DNA of 64,000 bases from assembly GCA_951406725.2 (NCBI GenBank), contig CATOCA020000001.1, positions 6,882,001 to 6,946,000 of the forward strand. The letters are read 5' to 3'. Source of the stretch: Octopus vulgaris (taxonomy: Eukaryota). Within the stretch, counting starts at the first letter, position 1. The number at the start of each line of letters is the position of its first letter. Positions 1 through 44,029 of this stretch are shown here, piece by piece. Position numbers and translations under genes: made by a program. The notes under the pieces are model-generated. The model saw only the letters and a list, made by a program, of their open reading frames with translations. It was not told the DNA's origin and did not search any database.

Positions 1-27911
<27,911 letters not shown>

Positions 27912-28479
27912 GTCTTCTGAATAAAAGATGTCAAAAAAAAGAGTAAAACAGTTTTTAAAAACTTATAAAATGAGTTAAACAACAATAAACAGAAGTTGAT
28001 GGTTCTAAAATCTTGCATAAGATAAAATTGATATTGTAAACTTCAGTTTATCTAAAGCATTATTCATAGCTGAATGTTCTTCTTGACACTAATAAACCTA
28101 ACAACAGTCATTGTGTTGTGTCTCTAGGTTAGATTACAGATTGACTGGTTACAATTAAACCCTCAATATTGGAATGTACAGTCTGTTGATCAGCTACGTA
28201 GCGGCAGCGTACATCTTGAGCTATAAATCTGTGGATCATACCCCAGCTACGGTGGAGGACACTTTATATCAAAGACAAACTGATTCTCCAAAGGAAGGTA
28301 AATTTACGAAAACTAGTAAAAGAATCAATGAAACAGAGTTTGTTCAATAAAACCTCCTGTATTGATCTTTGTCGAAACACTAGCAAAGTAGATGAGATCT
28401 AATCAGACACTATCAACAAGTGCTTACTTTATAGATTTTTGCAAATATCTTTATAAAATTTTTTAATAAATTTCCCTTA

Positions 28480-31852
<3,373 letters not shown>

Positions 31853-31853
31853 T

Positions 31854-31928
<75 letters not shown>

Positions 31929-32431
31929 ATTTATTTGTGTGTGTGTGTTTCCATTTGCTTTAACTGAAAATTGCTCAGCTATGAACGATTAGATTATCCT
32001 TTTCCCTGTTAATAGACAAACCATTGGAATAAGTGATCCCTTGAACAACAGGTAAGGGTTAATAACATAAAGGGGATCCATATGCAAAAAGAATGGATTG
32101 ATAATATACTCATACAACCCATGGTAGTATGGAGAAAAGGTGTAAAATGATTGCTTTATATGCATAAACGTACATATATAAGTCTATGTATGTGTATACT
32201 CGTGTGCATGTGTGAGTAGCTGTATGGCATAGTGATTCGGGTGTTACCCTCACAATATCTAGATCGTGGGTTTGATTCTTGCAATCCCCTTTCTTTCCCA
32301 AGACTTCCGAATGTTCGCCTGCTTTCCTAACCAGTGGAGTGGCATCATTGAAAACGTCAAACAATGCAAAGCACATTGTGACCAGTGATGTGTAACATCT
32401 GGCAGTATACTCGATCATGTGACTACATGAT

Positions 32432-32462
<31 letters not shown>

Positions 32463-32514
32463 GTGTGTGCGTGTGTGTGTGTGTCTTTTGTTTTCTGTAA
32501 ATTTGTCTGTGTGT

Positions 32515-32560
<46 letters not shown>

Positions 32561-32956
32561 AAGTTTGGAATTTGAAACTATTTCTTGTGAAGGGTATCGA
32601 CTTGTAACCTTTAATTAAGATCTTAATACATAAACATTACGAAAGATGTTTTATGAATACATTTGTGTACACTACACACCGAGACAAAGGCCAGATGACT
32701 GCTTGTATATATTATACACACACATACATACATACATACGCATAGCAGACTTAATAGGCTAAGAGAAGAATAAGATAGGGAGGAATTGGAGGAAGCGAGG
32801 TATTGAAATAAACACTGGGTTTACAATTTGAAGTTCGGAAGTGTGGAAGTTGTAAAGATAATTTATGGACAGGTCAGAAAGAAAGCTAAAACGGCAAAAG
32901 GAGTGGGAGGGAGTTACGGTTACAGACACTAAATAGATGAAACTTGACTTTATCAC

Positions 32957-33008
<52 letters not shown>

Positions 33009-33849
33009 TTATATTCAGTTTTAAAAGTATTTTACTTGTTTCAGGCACTTGACAGCGACCATTCTGTAGCACCATCTTGAAGGGTTCTAGTTGAACAAAT
33101 CAACCCCCGGACGTTTTTCAGCCTAGTACTTATTCTATCGGTATCCTTAAGCGAACCGCAAATTTATGGGGATTTAAATACACCAGCAACGGTTGTCAAT
33201 CGATGATGAAGAGTACAAATAAACACACACGTATATATAAATATGTGACGGGGTTTCTTTCACTTCCCATCTACCAAATTCAATCTGAAGGCTTCACGGA
33301 ATTGAACGCAGAACCATGTGGTGGGGAAGCAAGCTTCTTACCACACAGCCATTCCTGTGACTATATACACAGATATATACATATATGAATTTTGTAGTGT
33401 CCAGGGAGTCATTATGCCAATATCATTAACACACGCACTGGTTCGATTCCACTTCTTTATTGTTTGTCAATATTAAATTCATTTGTTTTCAAAATATTTT
33501 CTTTTCTAAGATGAACATAATTTTTGCATAATTCATCGATGAATGAAATGTAAAGAAATATACAGGCACGAACACACATTTACCAACTCACACAGACACA
33601 CACACACAAGCACATGCATTGGTGTATATAAATATGTATGCCTATGTATGAGTGTATACACATACATACACATACGTACATATAGATGTATAATGATAAA
33701 TGAAAATTTATTGAACCGATTTTTATGAAGTTTGGTAAACGAATGAAATAAAGTCACGTGATTGAATTTAGAAACAACAAAAATGAATTGCATGTTACGG
33801 GATTTATTGTGGATTTTTTAAAGATATTTTACTTCAGAACATTCAGTAT

Positions 33850-34333
33850 GATGCGTAGAAGACAACATAACATTTTTCAATCATCTGGAGCTCAAAGCTC
33901 CCGAAGTTGAAGGTCTATGGAGACACGAGAAGAAAGGCAGGACAGGCACGGAGACAAAGAAATGTCGTAGAGACACAACAGCAACAGGAAGTAAAACATC
34001 AGTTTCAAACAACTAGGCAAGCCTGCTGGAGGGAACAAGAGACACCAGAGGGGAAACGACAGAGGTTCGAGACTCAAGCCATTAGAAAAGCCAGCTTAAG
34101 AGGATATACGTTAACAGAACAACTTCAAAGTAACGCAGATAGAAATGCCTGCTCCAGAGAACAGGAAACATCAAAGTAACGACAAGTCAGGTTGGAATTT
34201 AAAACTTTTTTCTTTTGGAGACTATCGACTTGTAACCTTTAACGAAGATCTTAATACATAAGCATTACGAAAGATGCTTTATGAATACATTTGTGTACAC
34301 TACACGCCGAGACAAAGGCCGGGTAACTGCTAG
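33850..34333 (+). mobile_element. Helitron remnant with STPR-like repeats and CTAG 3' end
   Basis: REQETPEGKRQRFE...REQETS repeats resemble N-terminal Helitron Rep repeats; 3' end ccgagacaaaggccgggtaactgCTAG|t. Confidence 0.55.
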
Positions 34334-34689
34334 TATATATTACACGCACATACACATAGTAGACTTAATAATATAGGCTAAAAGAAGAATAACAGAGGGA
34401 GGAAACGGAGGAAGCAGAGGCATTGAAATAAACACTGGGTCTACATTGAGGGAAAATAAGTTGAAAAACAGCATCAGAAGATCTGACCTCTCTGGTTGGT
34501 TTAAATTCAAAATTGGTCAACCAGGCGTGAAGTCTTGTGAAACCACAAAAATCAGATCAACTAGAAGACCGATCCACCACAGAGTGAGAAAGCATTTCCC
34601 CAAGACCACACCACCCAGGGCTTTATTCCGTCACTGTCAATATTGCCATGGGAAATATCGCACCAGGATTATAGAAAGAGGCGTAGATG

Positions 34690-35035
34690 ATGGAAGTACT
34701 CCGTCGGTTACAACGATGAGGGTTCCGGTTGATCCGATCAACGGAACAGCCTGCTCGTGAAATTAACGTGTAAGTGACTGAGCACTCCACAGACACGTGT
34801 ACCCTTAACGTAGTTCTCGGGGATATTCAGTGTGACACAGAGAGTGACAAGGCCGGCCCTTTGAAATACAGGTACAACAGAAACAGGAAGTAAGAATGAG
34901 AGAAAGTTGTGGTGAAAGAGTACAGCAGGGATCACCACCATCCCCTGCCAGAGCCTCGTGGAGCTTTAGGTGTTTTCGCTCAATAAACACTCACAACGCC
35001 CGGTCTGGGAATCTAAACCGCGATCCTACGACCGC
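34690..35035 (-). mobile_element. tRNA-derived SINE family C
   Basis: Related copies at 44285-44570 (+), 45025-45760 and 58165-58390; tRNA-like head gcggtcgtaggatcgcggttt.gattccc. Confidence 0.75.
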
Positions 35036-35344
35036 TGATATCAACCACTGAATGACAAAGATCCACTTCTTTAGAAGCACAGCACGAAGTTTGAAGCTCT
35101 GAAGTGAGCCAGACAAATGGAATCATTTACTGCATTCATGAACATTAATCGGTACTTGTCAATTATACACATAAAATTAAAAATTAATGTAAAATATCTC
35201 CTTTTTTTAGCTGAAGGCATAAATTTATTGTAGAGATTGCATTAAATTATATGAAGAAAAAAGATTTTATATTTTTTATATTCCTGTAAAATTGACTTAC
35301 AAATTAAAATATTTCCTTGAAATACAAAATTCCATCAGGTATAA

Positions 35345-35740
35345 TCTTTATATATAAAAGTAAGGTTGTGTGTCTGCCTCCTACGATTTAGATTCCTAAC
35401 TACTCCCACATTTTGCGGTGCAGTTTAACCAAAACCGGGTATCTTATAGTCGTGATCCATATCGAGCCCTTCTGGGTATTAGCGCGCATCTACGATGAGT
35501 CTACGATTTTAAAAAAATTTACCATAATTTGTTTCCATTTTAATGCATTTTTTCGTCATTATATAAGGGATGTAACTCTCTAAAAATGTCTACGATGAGT
35601 CAACGATTTAAAAAAAATTTTACAATCATTTTTTTTCCATTTTTAATGCCTTTTTTTGCTATTTTTTGGCTATAACTCTCTAAAGATGCTTTATAGTTAT
35701 TTCCCTTACAAACCCAAGCAACGCCGGACGATACTGCTAG
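35345..35740 (+). mobile_element. Complete ~396-bp non-autonomous Helitron
   Basis: Inserted between A and T; 5' TC(tttatatataaaag); 3' degenerate hairpin cccaagcaacgccgg followed by CTAG; internal tandem duplication (tctacgatgagtc...ccattttt). Confidence 0.75.
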
Positions 35741-35880
35741 TTAGGTATAATTTTCTTCCTTTAAATTTCCTGACATATATTTATTTCAACCTTTCTATTC
35801 TTATAAAAATGCAGGAAACATTTTTATAGTTTATATAATGGCTTGAGAAAAACATAAATGGGAATAGAAGAGCATTTGTA

Positions 35881-35939
<59 letters not shown>

Positions 35940-35952
35940 CATTTGTATGTGC

Positions 35953-35990
<38 letters not shown>

Positions 35991-36021
35991 CATTTGTATG
36001 TGCATATATATATATATATAT

Positions 36022-38127
36022 ATATATTCCTGGTAAGGCAGCTGCAGGAGAAATACCTAGCCAAAGATAAGCCCCTGTACCTGGCTTTCGTTGACATGGA
36101 GAAAACTTTTGATAGGGTCCCCCGATCCCTTATCTGGTGGTCAATGAGGAAACTAGGGATAGATGAATGGCTGGTGAGGACTGTGCAAGCCATGTACAGA
36201 GATGCCGTAAGTAAGGTTAGGGTTGGCAACATGTACACAGAAGAATTCAAAGTAGAGGTTGGGGTCCACCAGGGTTCAGTACTCAGCCCCCTCCTATTTA
36301 TCATAGTACTCCAGGCAATTACGGAGGAATTCAAGACAGGCTGTCCCTGGGAGCTCCTCTACGCTGACGACCTTGCTCTTATTGCTGAGTCACTATCAGA
36401 ACTGGAGGAGAAGTTCCAGGTGTGGAAGGAGGGTTTAGAATCAAGGGGCCTTAGAGTCAACCTAGCTAAAACCAAAGTACTAATAAGTAGAAAGGTAGAC
36501 AATCCACAAATATCTTCAGGAAGATGGCCCTGCTCGATCTGTAGAAAAGGTGTAGGTAGAAACTCTATAAGATGTACCCAGTGTAAGCTATGGACACATA
36601 AGAGGTGCAGCAATGTCAAAGGTAGGCTAACTGGGAAGATAGTTTTTGTATGTGGCAGATGCTCGGGAGCATTAACCTCCGAAAATCTGCAGAAAACAAC
36701 TTCCGTCACTTTCCAGGGGGAAAAACTAGAAGTAGTTGATAGCTTCCGTTATCTAGGTGACCAAGTCAGTAGTGGGGGTGGGTGCGCTGAAAGTGTAACT
36801 GCTAGAATAAGAATAGCCTGGGCAAAGTTTAGGGAGCTCTTACCTCTGCTGGTGACTAAAGGCCTCTCGCTCAGAGTAAAAGGCAGACTGTATGATGCGT
36901 GTGTACGAACAGCCATGCTACATGGCAGCGAAACATGGGCTGTGACTGCTGAGGACATGCGTAAGCTCGTGAGGAATGAAGCCAGTATGCTCGGATGTGT
37001 AATGTCAGTGTACATACTCGACAGAGCGTTAGCACCTTCAGAGAAATGTTGTACCTAAGAAGCATCAGTTGTGGTGTGCAAGAGAGACGATTGCGCTGGT
37101 ATGGTCATGTGGCGAGAATGGATGAAGATAGGTGTGTGAGAAAGTGCCAATCCCTAGCAGTTGAGGGAACCCGTGGAAGAGGTAGACCCAGGAAAACCTG
37201 GGACGAGGTGGTGAAGCACGACCTTCGAACTTTAGGCCTCACTGAGGAAATGACCAGAGACCGAGACCTTTGGAAATATTCTGTACGTGAGAAGACCAAG
37301 CAGGACAAGTGAGCCCAGCCCACTTATGAATGCCTTTCCTCCCTTGGACACAAAGACCGGTTGAGGCAAGCGAAGTCGATATAGAACCTCATCCGACGAC
37401 AGACACCCATCCCAACTCCCCATGCCTGCGAAGACATGTTGGGGCAAGCGAAATCGAAACCGAATTGAACCAGCCAGGATCCCTGGCCTGGTGGTACGTA
37501 AAAAGCACTATCCGACTCGGGGCCGTGGCACGTAAAATACTCCAATGCGACCGTACGACAGGCACCCATGCCAACCCCCTTTGCTTGTGAAGACATGTTG
37601 GGGCAAGCGAAATCGAAATCGAATTGAACCAGCCAGGATCCCTGGTCTGGTGGTACGTAAAGCACTATCCGACTTGTGGCCGTGGCACGTAAAATACTCC
37701 AATGCGACCGTACGACAGGCACCCTTGCCAACCCCCTTTGCTTGTGAAGACATGTTGGGGCAAGCGAAATCGAAATCGAATTGAACCAGCCAGGATCCCT
37801 GGTCTGGTGGTACGTAAAAAGCACTATCCGACTCGTGGCCGATGCCAGCACCGCCTCGACTGGCTTCCGTGCCGGTGGCACATAAAATACACCAATCTGA
37901 CCGTGGCCGTTGCCAGCCCCGCCTGGCACCTGTGCAGGTGGCACGTAAAAAGCACCCACTACACTCACGGAGTGGTTGGCGTTAGGAAGGGCATCCAGCT
38001 GTAGAAACATTGCCAAATTAGACTGGAGCCTGGTGCAGCCTTCTGGCTTCCCAGAACCCCGGTCGAACCGTCCAACCCATGCTAGCATGGAGAACGGACG
38101 TTAAACGACGATGATGATGATGATGAT
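36022..38127 (+). mobile_element. Young 5'-truncated RTE-clade LINE (RT domain, PHD-like finger, 3' UTR, (GAT)n tail)
   Basis: LAFVDMEKTFDRVPR, GVHQGSVLSPLLF, LLYADDL (about 36360); single frameshift near 36993; stop at 37312; tail gacgatgatgatgatgat. Confidence 0.95.
37400..37840 (+). repeat. ~158-bp tandem repeat (about 2.7 copies) in the RTE 3' UTR
   Basis: aagacatgttggggcaagcgaaatcgaaa recurs at 37431, 37590 and 37747. Confidence 0.9.
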
Positions 38128-38218
38128 ATACATATATACAGAGAGAGAGAGAGAGAGAGAGGGAGAGCATTTGTATGTGCATATATATATATATATAGAG
38201 AGAGAGAGAGCATTTGTA

Positions 38219-38249
<31 letters not shown>

Positions 38250-39124
38250 GTAGGTCCCGGGTTGATTCGGGGTTAACCACAGTAAATAAGGTACTCAATA
38301 CATAGCAGAGTAAAATTATATATATTGGTAAAAACGGTAAGATAACAAAAGAAAGAAAGAGACCTCAATATTATGTAAATAGAGGAAATTCTCTATAAAA
38401 TATGTTACAATTACTCAATAGAATATTCTATGTAATATGCTTCCATATTAAATTTTTCTGTGTGTAAGAGTCCTCAACCGATGTTAGGCGATAAACCAAA
38501 AATGCCGTATTAGCTCTTAGTGAATATATATATAAATGCACAAATAATTTACATTATTAAAACATGCTATAAATTAATAATTACTGACTAATTAGAGTAG
38601 AAATACGTACATGACTTAAAAAAAATACTTGGGTTTATATGATTGATTAAACACCCAAGTCTAAGCTCCAGCGTGGCCACAACCCAATGCTTTAAATAAT
38701 AAAACGCATGACCCACATATCACATGTATAACTTGAAATCTCTCCACCACCAACACCGTTTAGTCTCTTAATCTCTCCCTCTCCCTCTCTCCCTCTCTTT
38801 CTCTCTCTATAAACGACAAACCAACTTTTCAATTATTATTCACCTCTTTCTCCTTTACAAATCTACACTTTTATATAATCATTTTATTTCCTCATCTATT
38901 CTACTGGTAATTCCAGAGAAATCAAACATAATTTCCTATTCTACTCTCGGTACAAGACCCGACATTTTGGAGGAGGAGGCCAGTCGATTAGGTCGACCCC
39001 AGTACGTAACTGGTACTCAATTTATCGACAGCGAAAGGATGAAAGGCAAAATTGACCTCGGCGGAATTTGACTTCAGAACGTAAAGACAGACGAAATACC
39101 GCTTAGCATTTCGTAAATTTTTTT

Positions 39125-39560
39125 TCTTCCCCACAAGGGGACAACACAGAGGGGACAGTACAATCTGATATGGGGTCAGATTTAACGTATGAATCGACTC
39201 AAAGATGGATTTTTAAATTTTACATAAATATGAGGAGTTCGGATGATAAAATATACAACATTACAGAATGGAGTGGGGGGACGGGATATGCTTGGACCCC
39301 ACGAGCGCTGCCTCCCCACTGATGCTTTGGGTTCATCCTGCATTGTATTCATGCAGTTCCATCCGTACCCCGCTTTCGGGCGACATTCTTCCATCGATCT
39401 TGAAACATTTTCGCGGACAGGCATTTTCTCTCAAACCCTATTTTCCTTCTTAGGTGGAAGGTGGAGAAATTAAACAAGCCAGGGGCAGAGATAGAATGCC
39501 TTTTATTAACCCTATTTTTAATTCACACAGCAGTTTAGAGACTCCACCGTTCGTGCATAA
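39125..39560 (-). mobile_element. 3' fragment of Tx1/L1-clade LINE
   Basis: Minus-strand translation FHLRRKIGFERKCLSAKMFQDRWKNVAR resembles 60100-59999; 3' end gtcccctctgtgttgtccccttgtgggg. Confidence 0.6.
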
Positions 39561-39587
39561 TAAACTTTATAATCATTCTAAACAATA

Positions 39588-40135
39588 AGGCGGTGAGTTG
39601 GCTGAAACGTTAGCACACCGAGCGAAATGCGCAGCCGTATTTCGTTTGCCGTTACGTTCTGAGTTCAAATTCCGCCGAGGTCGACTTTGCCTTTCATCCT
39701 CTAGGGGTCGATTAAATAAGTACCAGTTACACACTGGGGTTGATATTATTTACTTAATCCGTTTGTCTGTCCTTGTTTGTCCCCTCTGTGTTTAGCCCCT
39801 TGTGGGTAGTAAAGAAATAGGTATTTTGTCTGCCGCTACAGTCTGAGTTCGAATTCCGCCGAGGTTGACTTTGCCTTTCATCCTTCGGGGTCGATAAATT
39901 AAGTACCAGTTACGCACTGGGGTCAATATAATTGATTTAATCCGTTTGTCTGTCTTTGTTTGTCCCCTCTGTGTTTAGCCCCTTGTGGGTGGTACTGAGT
40001 TTAAATTCCGTCTAGGTCGAATTTGCCTTTCATAATTTCGGGGTCGATTAAATAAGTACCAGTTACGCACTGGGGTCGATGTAATCAATTAATCCCCTTC
40101 CCCAAAAATTTTCACGTCCTTTTGCCAAGAGAAGA
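39588..40135 (+). mobile_element. SINE family B, chimeric form with triplicated core
   Basis: Head ggcggtgagttggctgaaacgttagc, B box gagttcaaattcc, core gactttgcctttcatcct..gggtcga..aagtaccag x3. Confidence 0.85.
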
Positions 40136-40387
40136 AATAATAATTCTAGACAACGTGAAATAATCCTCAGAAGACATCCATCTGATAGATAATATTTAAG
40201 ATTGCGAGAAAACATATTTAATGCATTCCACATCAAAATGTTAACATAGGATAAAGAAGTGGGGAGAGAAATGTATGCAGTCACCCACTTTTTGAATGTT
40301 TAAACAATTCATACTCTTTCCTACAAGATATAAATATTATTTAAAATACGAGAACAATTATATTTAGATGCAAAATTCAAGAAATAT

Positions 40388-40790
40388 TCTTTTCTACTCA
40401 AGACACAAGGCCCCAGATTTGGTGGGAGGTGGCCAGTAGATAAGTGTAATACCAGTACGCGACCAGTACGAAAGGATGAAAGGCAAAGTCGACGTCGGCG
40501 TAATTTGAACTCAGAAAATAAAGACAGACGAAACATCGCTAAGCGTTTCGCCCGGCGTGCTAACGTTTCTGCCAAGCTAGCTGCCTTTTCTTTTCTACGA
40601 TAGGCACAAGGCGAGGGAACCAGTTGATTGGATCGACACCAGTATGCAACTGGTATTTAATTCATCGACCCCAAAAGGATAAAGTGTAAAGTCAACCTCG
40701 GGGGAATTTGAACTCAGAACGTAAAGACGGACGAAATGCGTTGCAGCATTTCGTCCGGCGTGCTAACGTTTCTGCCAGCTCACGCCTTAA
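40388..40790 (-). mobile_element. Two tandem SINE B copies
   Basis: Homology to 39588-39760; another copy at 38935-39113. Confidence 0.8.
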
Positions 40791-40949
40791 ATTAAATAAA
40801 AATTATTTTCTACTCTAGGCACAAGGGGAGGGAGCCTGATGCTCGAGAAAAATTTAAAACTCTTGTACATATATACATACATACATATATACATACATAC
40901 TTACATACATACATACATATATACATACATACTTACATACATACATACT

Positions 40950-40981
<32 letters not shown>

Positions 40982-41106
40982 AAGTTAATCCAAACAAGAA
41001 AGCACAAAAAACACAACAACGAAAGGACGTGGAACAAATATAGTATTATTGGACGCTCAGGAAAGAAGGAAAGATCCAGAGAAGGGAAGACAGAGGAAAA
41101 AAAATC

Positions 41107-41148
<42 letters not shown>

Positions 41149-41491
41149 GTAAACTCTATTTCCAGCCCTTCTACATTTGTATTTCTCAAGATAAGATTCA
41201 AGACAAGAACATTTTTTTTACCTTATTTCAAATGGTTTCGATGCTGGAGAAGCTTGGGATTCGTGTTTCCTCACGAAGCGAAAGGATATAAATGTTTCTT
41301 AGTTAGTTAATAAGCAGGAGGTGACTACTCTTATTCAATTTCGTGCCACACCCTGACTAACGCGAAATCTTTTATTTAAATTTGAATGCTTTTTACAATT
41401 TGTCATGTCAAAGTATAATTCAATTCATTTCGTATGACGTAACCTCTCCATAATTGTCTGAAAACCTATGTGCATATATATATATGGATAA

Positions 41492-41557
<66 letters not shown>

Positions 41558-41641
41558 ACATGTATGCAGATTATATAAAACCCACTTAAATCTTGTCAAA
41601 CCAGTTTTCTTGTTAAATTTTCATACACACACACAAAACTG

Positions 41642-42105
41642 ACCCCCACTACCCCACCCTGTCCCTAGCTACATTCAGATGGCTGATCCCCCTTATGTTA
41701 TAGAGCAGTTACTGTTTATATCTCGCTCAGAGATTTATTATTGTTGTCGAACGGTTTTTCTACATCAGTGACTGTGGTTACTGTGAAAATCCATATATAT
41801 CCAGCCTGTAGAGGAAGTCCCTCAACGAAGAACGGTGCTTACCATGCGTTGATAAGAGGCAAATACCTCGAAACCAGTCCGTATGTAGTATCCGTATCTT
41901 CGGGGAGGCTGATCTCCCTTTGCAGGCTGGCAAGGACACCGAGATGGTGTCAGCCCTTCTGGTGACGTTGATGATCGCATGGGGCTAAATGCATCAGTAA
42001 CACCCCCACTACCCCGCCCTGTCCCTAGCCACATTCAGATGGCTGATCCCCCTTATGTTATAGAGCAGTTACTGTTTATATCTCGCTCAGAGATTTATTA
42101 TTGTT
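41642..42105 (+). mobile_element. 360-bp-period partial tandem unit carrying a hammerhead ribozyme (retrozyme or Penelope pLTR-like)
   Basis: 104-bp direct repeats at 41642-41745 and 42002-42105 (2 mismatches) enclose a structured core; ends at (TA)n. Confidence 0.7.
41843..41885 (+). ncRNA. Type I hammerhead ribozyme, U3-A8 core variant, minimal stem III
   Basis: CAUGCG-[UUGAUAA]-GAGG(CAAAUA)CCUC-[GAAA]-C(CA)G-[UC]/CGUAUG: stem I CAUGCG:CGUAUG, stem II GAGG:CCUC, GUC cleavage triplet ending at 41879. Confidence 0.75.
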
Positions 42106-42121
42106 ATATATATATATATAT

Positions 42122-42735
42122 ATATATTATATTAAATTAGAGATAAAACCACTATTAGGCAAATCAAACAGTGAAAAACATAAGCCAATACATAAAATTA
42201 ATTAAAAAATATAAAAGTTAAAATTTAAAAAATTATTTAAATAATTTGAACTTATAAATTTTAAATATATATATATACAAATACATATATATATATGTGT
42301 GTGTGTATGTATGTATATTTTTATATTTATATATTATTTTATTTATTCATTTATTTATTAATTAATTAATTTATTTATTTATATAATAATTAAAAAAAAT
42401 TGATAAATAAATAATTAAATATATTAATTAATAAACAAATTAATAAATAAAATAAAATATAAATATAAAAGATACATACACACATATATATATATATATA
42501 TATATTTGTATATATATATATATTTAAAATTTATAAGTTTAAATTATTAAAAATTTTTTTTTAATTTTAACTTTTATATTTTTAAATTAATTTTATGTAT
42601 TGGCTTATGTTTTTCATTGTTTGATTTGCCTAATAGTGGTTTTATCTCTAATTTAATATAATATATTTATACTATAAAATTGGATTTAATCCTAAATCTA
42701 ATTTTTCCCTGCAATTTTGGATTTATTCCCTAATA
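42122..42735. mobile_element. AT-rich foldback (~270-bp arms) plus ~70-bp unpaired tail in (TA)n (Penelope-like)
   Basis: atattatattaaattagagataaaaccactattaggc... pairs with ...gcctaatagtggttttatctctaatttaatataatat (ends 42666). Confidence 0.75.
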
Positions 42736-42760
42736 CATATATATATATATATATATATAT

Positions 42761-43250
<490 letters not shown>

Positions 43251-43378
43251 GAGACATATATATATATATATATAAGACGGGCTTCTTTCAGTTTCCGTTC
43301 ACCAAATTCACTCACCTAGAAGGCTACAGTAAACACACTTGCCTAAATAGCCTCACACGCTCTTTCTCTCCTTCTCTC

Positions 43379-43414
<36 letters not shown>

Positions 43415-44029
43415 CTGGTGTGTTTATGTCCACGTAACTTAGCTGTTCGGCAAAACAGAACGATAGGATAAGTACACGGCTTACAACGGATATCTACCCG
43501 GATTGATTTGTTCGACTGGAGGCGGTGCTGCCGCATGGGTCCAGTTAAATGCCTCAAAAAATAGGGGAACGAATAAAAGAATATAGAGAGTTGGAGACGT
43601 ATGTGGGTGTATATAGATTTGTTTACTGGGATAGAAGTATAATTTTTTTTTTATAAAAGCGACTTCAGTTAATGTTAAGTCAAGTGTAACAACACTCTTC
43701 GCTTATTGTGGCATAAGTCACACAAACACCTTTTCTTCGATCTGCACACACACAGGCACACCTGTTTCATACTAACAATTACTACTAGAGACACACTCAA
43801 TGACTTGTTAGTAATATTTATAACTATTCCTTGGTGATTTACATTCTGGGTTCGAATCCCGTCACCTTTTATCATTTGAGGGTCGATACAATTCTCTCAA
43901 GATTAACTTTGGCGTCGATATAATTAATTAGCAAAAGTTAAAACCTTATAATTGTAGTAAGCAGAATTATTTGTAGCTCGAGGTGCACCTTGTAGATGAT
44001 TATTCTATTTATATAAGGACGTAGGGTGT

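Noticed and set aside
35870-36025. Regularly spaced short repeats resembling a CRISPR array (also the 158-bp repeats at 37400-37840)
   Set aside because: The spacers are microsatellites or identical units, the context is eukaryotic, and there are no cas genes.
41642-42105. TRIM or solo LTR-retrotransposon interpretation of the 104-bp direct repeats
   Set aside because: No TG...CA termini, primer-binding site or polypurine tract are evident; the internal hammerhead better fits a retrozyme or Penelope-type unit.
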